Assembly: GCF_964204645.1 (NCBI RefSeq)
Contig: NC_134029.1
Location: forward strand, 5,270,001-5,334,000
Length of the DNA stretch: 64,000 bases
DNA from: Tubulanus polymorphus
Taxonomy: Eukaryota; Animalia; Nemertea
Direction: 5' to 3'
The position numbers were made by a program, and so were the translations under genes. Every line of letters begins with the position of its first letter. Positions within the stretch are counted from its first letter, which is position 1. Under the pieces are notes generated by a model that was not told where the DNA came from, searched no databases, and was given only the letters and a program-made list of their open reading frames with translations. Shown here piece after piece: positions 1 through 9,190 of the stretch.

Positions 1-229
1 AAACATGAAGTGTAGAACTTGTTGATTATTGATATCGAATATTGTGAGTTGTTTCGTAGATTTGAATAATGGTCCTGAATGTTCTAGGTAATGTTTCTTA
101 TTTATTATGCGCGTAGCTTTTTCTGTAGGGTATAGAGATTATTTAGTCTAGAGGGGTAGTTGTTAGCCCCGACGATATTACAGTATTGTATGTGAGGTAA
201 TGCTAATGATTGATATATTGATATATATT
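1..229 (-). mobile_element. Non-LTR retrotransposon (CR1/L2-like LINE) ORF2 post-RT fragment, frameshifted and 5'-truncated
   Basis: The minus strand reads IYQSLALPHIQYCNIVGANNYPSRLNNLYTLQKK / (1-nt frameshift) ATRIINKKHYLEHSGPLFKSTKQLTIFDINNQQVLHFMF. This fits the 'YxSLxxPHLxYCxxVW...LQKKAxRII...HTxPLF' pattern typical of CR1/L2-group ORF2 C-termini. It continues off the left edge of the window. Confidence 0.8.
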
Positions 230-678
230 GATACATTGAGTTATTTTTGATAGAATCAAAACTATTTGATTCGGATTGGTTTTGTGTCTATGAATTTTGA
301 TTTATTTTGGTTAGATGATACGCCGTTAGTCTGGATTCGACATCGATTATCAGTTAATTTACCATGATGGTTGTCACGTTTGAAAGTAGAATATATACAG
401 TATAGAATTTTCCTTTTGTTCCTTTTTGTTCTAATGGATATCTTAGTTGCAAAACATATCGGATTTTGTTGATAAACTCAGGTCATTAATTCATACTCGG
501 TCGTTGAGAACAAAGCAAGTTTACAGTTATCGCTAATGATGGTGGTATGATGACGGCACAGTGGCTATTATTATTCTTCCCATTCTGCTGTGGAATGGTA
601 GGTTCTGGTGAGAAAGACGGAGGTCGTATTGAGAACGGATTGTTGGGTGTTATTTACATACCAAAGGAAAATTGACAA
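230..678 (+). repeat. Near-identical local duplicate of 6520-6968 (PDIA3-like stop codon, 3' flank and start of the env-like fragment)
   Basis: Direct alignment at offset 6290 from GATACATTGAGTTATTTTTGATAG to GGAAAATTGACAA. About 9 substitutions counted by eye over 449 bp. Confidence 0.95.
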
Positions 679-684
679 TTGAAA

Positions 685-864
685 ATTGCGTAATCACCGA
701 TAATCTAGTATCAGTTCGTGCTCCATAACCCCAGCTATCAGGTTCATTTGGTAATACATCAGTTATTGTCAAGACGAAGCATATCAACCACATTATAAAG
801 ATCGACAATATCAACTGAAATGGGAATATCAGTAGCTTTTTTTACAGTAACTCGGATGCATTTC
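685..864 (-). pseudogene. Duplicated fragment of SLC23 exon 7 plus its upstream intron (copy of 11148-11329)
   Basis: ATTGCGTAATCACCGATAATCTAGTATCAGTTCGTGCTCCAT...GGATGCATTTC matches 11148-11329. It encodes [43 protein letters not shown] and lacks the exon 3' end and donor site. Confidence 0.92.
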
Positions 865-1008
865 GAGATATTGGCGATAGCTACTACGGTGTTAAAGCAA
901 GGGCTGCCATTTCTCGTCTTGAGACTTTTGCTTATCGTTAAGTTTAAAGTGTTGAGTTATATGAATATATTTTTCACGTGTAAGAACACGTTGGTCGTAT
1001 TGCTGCAG

Positions 1009-1410
1009 GTGTACCGAGGCTTTACCCTGTGTTACGAGCGCGAACGAGTCCTCAAAAAGAACGGCGAAATCACGCTCGTACGTCACGTGAGCACGACGGC
1101 GAATTTGTGCGAGCATTCGCGAGACTATTCCTGGAAAAGTCTCAGCATGACGACCGACCTCTCAGCGGAAAGTGATATTACTGACGTCCGACCGATAATA
1201 AAGCGAAGAACGGATTTGATGCTTCCGAGTCCAGAATCGTGGCACGAAGATGCCGACGCAAAAAGCCAAGCCGTGACGCCGCAGAACTGTAACTATCTAC
1301 CACAGACTCGTATACCACACATTATTTCATTCGAGTTAGAACGAGCGAACTCTATCCAACGAAACATTAGGAACACTCCAGCGTATATCGCTGACACGGA
1401 AGATTTGTGA
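1009..1410 (+). CDS. Probable terminal coding exon of an unidentified gene starting upstream of the window
   Basis: Acceptor TTGCTGCAG|GTG at 1008/1009, then an open frame of 133 aa (VYRGFTLCYERE...PAYIADTEDL*). CpG-rich codon usage resembles the real exons of RGM and CHD. No family recognised. Confidence 0.5.
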   Translation: MYRGFTLCYERERVLKKNGEITLVRHVSTTANLCEHSRDYSWKSLSMTTDLSAESDITDVRPIIKRRTDLMLPSPESWHEDADAKSQAVTPQNCNYLPQTRIPHIISFELERANSIQRNIRNTPAYIADTEDL

Positions 1411-3048
1411 CGAAGCTAACTATCATTGATAAAACATGAAATAGTCGTTGTTGTCGAACAAACAAAAAATATCATTAAACAAACGATTACGATTTAACTG
1501 TTTTAATCGAGTTACAATAATATGTGTATCTAAATTTGCCAAAAATACTCCGAATGATTCCTCTTTTCTTGGAGCTAAATATCATCCTAGCGAACAAAAA
1601 CCCGAAGCCCGATCTTATGAGCACCGTAGGTTCGTAGGTTCGAATCCCGATGGGGGCCTTCCCCCAGAAAATTTTGAAATACAGGATGCCGTATATGCGA
1701 TTTCCAGGCATCTGAAGACAAAATCCACACTGTTGTCTTTTTTTAAACCTATCTCAGCAAAAATAATAATGGGCGTAGGCCGCTTCCACCCCCCCCCCTC
1801 CTAAATCGTCCGGTTATCGCTGCAGAAGGTCTTTACTCCCTGATCCTTTCGAGATTTTTGAACGTGGATCAACCTTTCTACAGGATACATTTGAACTAGC
1901 GCGTTTACAATATCATATACACACGTCGGTTTTATTGTTCCTTTGTCCATTAGAGGCCTTCCCATAACATGTTGTAGATCGAATTTAAGCGAACAACAAC
2001 GTCGAACTATTGAACTTGTTCTTGTCTGGACGAAATAAATGCTCACATTTCTTCTGATTTTACATTCCTTTTCCTGACTAAGTCGAAAGTGCAAAAACGA
2101 AGTAATAGACGATCTTCGAAGTTTTGCCTACGTCCAGTGTTACGGATGAAACTCCAGGGCCGAAATACCCAATTCTTTTTCGGATCCAAGCTCCAGGGTC
2201 GAACTAAAACCCATAAAACTAACGACGACACCAGACGTATAATATTACAAAGCACGTACATTTATTAAAGTACTGTGGCTGGGACTCACTGTGGTCAGTA
2301 AACAGATATTTATATAGGTACAGTTTATAGGGGTAAGTCAAGTATAAACACTGAATGATTCACACTTATAACAGACTGAAGTCAGTATACCGTATAAACA
2401 CTATACATACCATAACTATTCAATAACTGGGTAACACAACTGGGTAACACCAGTTTTATGATATATGTCAAATGTTATTTCAAACTAGTGTTACAAAGTT
2501 GCAGAGGATAACGAAGACAATTTGGAACTAAAGACGACCACATTACTATTTTAAAATTTTTCTTTACCAAACCTGAGACGATCAGAAAGAAAATGCGGCT
2601 GACTTTGATCAATTTGATTTTTGCATTGGTGACGCCTGCCAGGCCAAAAAGAATTATATTTTGTAAAATTAACTAACGTCCAAGTGCGAGGTCTAAAAAC
2701 ATCAATAAGGCACGATTGTTGGGTTTCATAAGTGCTACCGGCTACCGGGAAAATCACTCTATTTCCAATGAGAACATATCTATGGACTCTACGATAATCA
2801 TGAAAGAAGCGCTCAGTTTCTACAAAGAAAACCTCCTATTGTGACTTAGAGTCAATTTGCCAGTACTGGTCGTTATTAATAGCACTTTTGAACAGGAACG
2901 TTTACGATTCCACGTAATGCGTTTTATTTTCCCTTTGGCCAATAGGGGCCTTGCCTCGTTTGTTGTAGATCGTATTTATGCGAACAATTGCGTTGAACTT
3001 ATTGAATCTCAGCTTGTTCTCTCGCCTGTGCTTATCTCGACGGTCAAA

Positions 3049-6000
3049 ATGCTTACATTCCTTCTGATATCTGTTGCTGTGGTGCTTACTGGTGCTTCCG
3101 ATGTCATAGACTTAACGGATTCTGACTTTGCAAGCAGGATTAAAGAATATGACTTGGCTCTGGTTGATTTTTTTGCTCCTTGGTAAGTGCGGCCAGTATA
3201 ATGCACGCTGTTAACATAGAATCCTTGTTTCAATTATGTTGTTGAGGTTTTTGAGGTTTACGTATTCCAATTGCATCCATATATGTTGGAATATAAAAAT
3301 GTGATATAAAATCATTTCTATGTTTAAATACGATTATTAATCCTTTTGACTTGTTTGAAGGTGCGGACACTGTAAGAGACTGGCCCCAGAATATGAAACA
3401 GCTGCCACTAAGCTTCGTACGAATGATCCTCCTATAAGATTATTCAAGGTTGGTCTCTTCATAAAGTTAATGGTCTAAACATTGAAGCGTGCACTAATTT
3501 TGACTCCTTGAGTAATCTATTTCTAGGTTGACTGCACAGAAAGTGGCAAGGAAACTTGTTCAAAGTATGGGGTGCCTGGGTATCCTGATCTGCGAATATT
3601 CGAATCTGGCAAGCTGGCAATAAAATATGATGGCCCCCGAGACTCAGGTACGTATTCTGCAGGATACAAATGTCTTCTTTGTTAGTTGGCGATAAACTAA
3701 TGACATACCCGATATATATTTTTTCGTTTTTAGATGGCATAGTAGGTTATATGAAAAAGAAGGCTTCCCCTGTAAAACACTTAAAAGATATAACCCACGC
3801 TACTCGCGTCCTCGAAGAAGCTGAGAAACCGATGGTTATTGGTAAGACCAAGATTGTATCGATGACAAGTCAAAATCTGTGTAGAGCGTTCTGTCACACC
3901 GGTTAATATAGAGATATCACCCGGAAATCTGTCTACTTCAATCCTTTTTCATATTGTTAACAGGTTTCTTTGAAAATGATGACGCCGACCTTCGGGAGAA
4001 GTTTCGCAAAGCAGTTAATGAATTTAATGGAGTGTTCACATTCGCTTATTCAAGCAACAAAGATATCAACGCGGGACTCAAACATAATGAGTAAGTTTTT
4101 TTGTGGATAATGGGCACAGTTCCATGTTGCGTATATCTCAAAAACCTTTAGGTGATAAATGAGTGTCTGAATAACATCGACGAATGTCAAAGAGTATTCA
4201 TTAGAACAAAGAGCAAATCCACGATGTGTTCGGGCGCCTACAGCATGGACACCACGAATGAATGTATTTGGTCCAAACAGGCCCGAGCCAAATTTTCGCA
4301 CAGGTGAAATTATTTCGGCGCGTGTGAAGTGACTCACTTCGCTTTGTCACGGCAATTTGGGGGTGGTCTCGGGGGGCTGCCTTCCTAATGAGGTTGCCCT
4401 TTTAAACAAGTCAAAGATCGTTAAGACCTCCATATTTGACGGTCATCCTTTCGGAATTTTTCGATGTTTTTCTTAGAAAAAGAAATCTAATAACGGGGAT
4501 GGGAACCCAATAGTAGCATATGAAATGGCTGCTTTCATCTGAATGATGCCTTTTTGGGTCAGATCGCAGCTAATGAATATACTTCAAAGCAGTCCTGTTA
4601 ACATCAGCTTCCTATGAAAATAAAGCCACATCATATTAATACAAATGTGATATTGTATCTCCCCATATATGCTTGTAAATCGTCACACAGTTACAATAAT
4701 GATTGTGATGGTTTTTTTTTAGTGAAATAGTCTTATACCGCCCGGAGTTCTGGAGGAGTAAGTCCGAAGATTCGGAAGTCGTCTACAAATCCGGAGATAT
4801 TTTGCAGTTTATAAAAAACAATATATTCGGTCTTTGTGGAATAAGGGATTATAATAATCAGAAATATTTCAAAACCCCGCTGGTCGTCGTTTACTATGAG
4901 ATCGATTACAAACGAAATCCCAAAGGTTCAAGGTATTGGAGAAACAGGTACCTCGAAATTCGAAATCTGTTATCTGCACATTGATATGAGCAATTCTAAT
5001 AATATCAATTCAATCCAAACTGAATGATCATAAATTACCGATTTTCATGATTTAGAATTTGGATTGATGCTAAAAGTTATATGGACGTAAATCAACAGAT
5101 CATCTGAATACACATGATATACATTGTTTTTGTTCGTTTACAAAATAGGGTGCTAAGAGTGGCGAAAAAGTTCATAGGGAAGAATGTGAATTTTGCCGTC
5201 TCAAGAAGTGGCGAATATTCGAAGATGTTGGATGATTATGGCTTAGTCGAATCAAGTGTAAACGCCATCGCAACGAATAATGACGGTCAAAATTTCGTGA
5301 TGGCTGAAGAATTTGAGTTCGTCTAATTTTTCAAATCTTTATGACCTTGACCGATATATGCCACTCGATTTTTGTCGATTTTCTCTAGAAAAGAGCTAAA
5401 CGTGCAACGTAATTTACTTTTATCCAGTGTGGAAACCTTGGAGAGATTTGTGCAGAATTTTCTGGACGGCAATCTGGAGCCTTACATTAAGTCAGAATCG
5501 GTACCAAAACACAACGATGGTCCAGTAAAGGTAAAATGATATTAGAAATATGAAGATTTTACTTTATTCAGCATATTGGCACTTACATTAGAATGTATTT
5601 CAATTCATGTTTGAAATTAATTCAAACTGCGTACTTAGGTTTTGAGATGATAATCTTTTCTAGAAAGTGGTTGCGATAACTTTCAATGAAATAGTCAACG
5701 ACCCAACTAAAGATGTGCTCATAGAATTTTACGCTCCTTGGTGCGGACACTGTAAAAGTCTGGAACCTAAATTTAACGAACTAGGCGAAACCGTGAGTTG
5801 AAACCATAAATAAACTTCGTATGTAGTTTTCGCATATCATTGATGTGAATAATGCGTAAATTTACGTTTAAACGTATTATTCAGTTCAAGGATGAGAAGA
5901 GCATAGTGATCGCAAAATTTGATGCAACAGCCAATGACGTACCACTGCCATACCATGTCCACCAGTATGTAGAAATTTTATCGTTCATATTTCGATTCCA

Positions 6001-6529
6001 GGCATCTGCCAAAATATACTGGCTATATGATGGCAATGCTATAACAGACATAACTTATTTTCAATTACTGTGACTGTCCATTATTGTGACAACAGCTTAC
6101 CGTTAATTACCACAGTTATTCTACGAATTACCCGAATAACATACAGGTACCGGTACCGGTATGGTTGTTTCGAAAACAACGACTGATCGAAATCTCTCCG
6201 AACTTTTTGTATAATAGGTTTCCAACTATCTATTTCGTACCAGTTGGATCTAAATCGCACCCGCAAGTCTATAACGTAAGTATTACTCTTAATATTGTAA
6301 ACACCAGTTCAAAAAGGGATAACCATTGAAATAGCACATCTGTTTTTTTCACGACTTAAGATTTGATCACCGCTAAACGGCTGTATATCTTTATGGTCTT
6401 TTTCTATTAAATCATATTTTTCAGGGAGGTCGAGAACTTGAAGATTTCCTCGCATTTTTACCGAAGGTGAATTCTTCGGTAATTAAAACCAAAAAAGGAA
6501 GAGCAGCTAAAGCGATAAAGATACATTGA
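3049..6529 (+). CDS. PDIA3: Protein disulfide-isomerase A3 (ERp57)-like, divergent paralog; 12 exons
   Basis: GT-AG exons at about 3049-3182, 3361-3448, 3527-3647, 3734-3841, 3964-4090, 4723-4947, 5149-5316, 5428-5530, 5664-5792, 5885-5964, 6218-6275 and 6425-6529 join in frame. The protein has a signal peptide [16 protein letters not shown], two APWCGHCK thioredoxin sites and the ERp57-type [12 protein letters not shown]. Intron positions match the copy at 18884. It ends ...[12 protein letters not shown]. Confidence 0.93.
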
Positions 6530-6836
6530 GTTATTTTTGATAGAATCAAAACTATTTGATTCGGATTGGTTTTGTGTCTATGAATTTTGATTTATTTTGG
6601 TTAGATGATACGCCGTTAGTCTGGATTCGACATCGATTATCAGTTTATTTACCATGATGGTTGTCACGTTTGAAAGTAGAATATATACAGTATAAAATTT
6701 TCCTTTTGTTCCTTTTTGTTCGAATGGATATCTTAGTTGCAAAACATATCGGATTTTGTTGATAAACTCAGGTCATTAATTCATACTCGGTCGTTGAGAA
6801 CAAAGCAAGTTTACTGTTATCGCTAATGATGGTGGT

Positions 6837-7292
6837 ATGATGACGGCACAGTGGCTATTATTATTCTGCCCATTCTGCTGTGGAATGGTAGGTGCTGGTG
6901 AGAAAGACGGGGGTCGTATTGAGAACGGATTATTGGGTGTTATTTACATACCAAGGGAAAATTGACAACGCTGCCTCGCGTTGGATGCATATATATTCAT
7001 CGTCATTGCTAGTGTATCCGTCAACAACTTTCGGCCGCCAGGTTGCCCGTCGAACCCCGATCAGGCGTGCCAGCACCTGCTTGATGCAGCAGTCACCTTG
7101 CTTAAACAGGTTAATGCAACAGCAGTCTCTTTCCAATCCGCCATTAAGGAGATAAAGTCCTTGATGCCGGTAAAATTACTGGCCGTAAGATCGAGATCGA
7201 AACGGAGACTATTTAATTTTGTGGGTAGTATCTAGTAGCTTGTTCGGCACAGCCACCGGAGACGAAGTGAATGAACTTCGGGGACAATGTCC
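6837..7292 (+). mobile_element. Decayed envelope (class I fusion, baculovirus-F/errantivirus-like) gene of a Ty3/gypsy-type endogenous retrovirus, N-terminal part
   Basis: Read across frameshifts: signal-like MMTAQWLLLFCPFCCGMVGA; VLRTDYWVLFTYQGKIDNAASRWMHI; PPGCPSNPDQACQHLLDAAVTLLKQVNATAVSFQSAIKEIKSLMP; furin site RSRSKR (7188-7205); then fusion-peptide-like (R)LFNFVGSI/SSLFGTATGDEVNELR. Confidence 0.75.
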
Positions 7293-7323
7293 AACAGGTA
7301 GTAGGGCTGACTTAAAGGGCGTC

Positions 7324-8429
7324 TTATGTCTTCAATAACTGTGAAAATATTGATATTAAAATATTAAACATCCGTCGACAATTAATCCAACAGCCCAAGG
7401 CAAACCGAACGAGCATGTATATCAGTACAGCTCCAACCAACAATTTAATCAGTCGGTCAATGTCCTGCAACACGGTTTCTATGGGTGGTTCTGGTTGATC
7501 GTACACCTGTGATGGTGGGAGATACAACGCCCCTTTGCCTGTCATTTTAAAAGCATGCGCGGTAAGCAAGGCATTCGCTGCCACAGGCACTATGGCAGTA
7601 TGTCCTCGACGAGTACGACAAAATGCGATAAATGCAAACACATATGCAATCACACTGACCACAAGGGCAGCGTAATTCATTACCTTCTAGTGACTAGACC
7701 CAAACAAATGTCCTTGCGATGAAACAAGTGGGGCAAGCGCGTTGGCTTTCGTAGCAAATTACTCCACCTTCTGGTCACCTTTTGCAGATACTTTATGGAA
7801 ACTGGCTTTGAACTTTCCTTCGCTGTCAGCCACCTTGTCCGACTTGTCCTCGGCTAATGTTATCTCCGAGACAACCACTTGATGGGCTCCTGTTGAGCGA
7901 CCGCTAGGGTCTAACAACTGTTTTTTTTAATGAAAATGGCAAAAATGCGAGGATAACTGCCAGATTGACCGGGTGCAAATAGACCGGTGACGTTGCGGTA
8001 CGGTGACAGTTAGTGATTTTCGCCAGGATTTTAAATATGGAAGCGGTTATCCCGCAGCCACAGGGCAACTTTGGTACATTGTACATGAATCAATAGCTTT
8101 TGCTGTGTGCAGGGCAGGTCATGGACCAGGAAGCATCGCACCCACTTAGGCCTACAACGTAGAGACCATTTCCGAGATCAAATGCCAAATGACCGGATTG
8201 CTGATATCGTACATCGCATTTGTTCATAATGTCGTTATGGCTATTGAAATATAGCGCACTTGCACAACTAGACACGGAGCGCAATTCCATTCATTGAACG
8301 GGCCGTGGGGCACACCTTCACCCCTTTACCTTCACACGTTAGAAAATCTCTAGCCGTGAGTTCAGTGTAGAAATCATCGGACTCGGCAACGCCTATGTAA
8401 TCGGGCAACCCTTTGATAAGTGTGCAGTG
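7324..8429 (-). mobile_element. Decayed env-like gene, C-terminal part (Cys-rich ectodomain, TM, tail), inverted relative to the N-terminal part
   Basis: Minus strand across frameshifts and stops: HCTLIKGLPDYIGVAESDDFYTELTARDFLTCEGKGVKVCPT; ELRSVSSCASALYFNSHNDIMNKCDVRY...WSMTCP; KLPCGCGITASIFKILAKITNC...LHPVNLAVIL; helical KFKASFHKVSAK; TM YAALVVSVIAYVFAFIAFC followed by basic RTRR. The Cys spacing and HPVNLA motif resemble env-like ORFs I recall from invertebrate gypsy elements. Confidence 0.7.
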
Positions 8430-9190
8430 TGCAGATAAGTGTGCAGTTACACGTATTCACTCGCCTCGCCTCTCATTTCTAAAAAGAACCGTAACTGAAA
8501 AAAGGAAAAATACCTTCGGGCTGTCTTCAAAGACCATTTTAGCCTCGAGAATATATCACTACCATACTATCTACCCTACCATATAGACTTTCTATGCTGT
8601 TTTGAGTTTTTGTAATATAATTATCGAAATCTGGTGACCTTATTGTTTCCATGGTTTCTACATCGTGACTTAAAAAAACTTAAAGAACTAAAGAAAACTT
8701 AAAGGAGAAAAATGCAAGAAGAGAAACCTTTTTGAGCAATTTTCATGACAAAAAATATATTGCTGTTTTTTCCATACACTACTAAATTTCTGGCATACAA
8801 TCTCCACAGTATTCGAAGTATTTGCACAACATTCTTCATTGGTTACACATTGCACACGTAACAAGCGATCATTTCAGCTTGGTGGTTCTGACAGCTTTGC
8901 GCTTCGACGGCAAACGTAACCAACAACATCACTGGAAGCGAATCGCGCACATGTCAGCCATCTTTGATTACGGGAATTATGGTTTTATTGCATTTAATGC
9001 TGAGATCTTATTCTCGCGTGCACGCCAACGATCAGATACGTGCCTGGCATGTGAGTTTGTTAGATCACAGTTTTGTTTTACCAGAGGGCAATTCTCCTGA
9101 CCAGGTTCATATTGCGATAGATTAGTGAATATGTAATAAGGTTACTTTGTTTTTATGGATATGTATATACCGGGAATATACTATATTTGA

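Noticed and set aside
820-1008. 5' part of the 196-aa ORF 820-1410
   Set aside because: It begins inside the antisense SLC23 duplicate and runs through intron-like sequence. Only the part after the 1009 acceptor looks coding.
6081-6266. Twin minus-strand ORFs 6081-6266 and 13670-13855
   Set aside because: They are antisense shadows of duplicated PDIA3 exon 11 and its intron, not a gene family.
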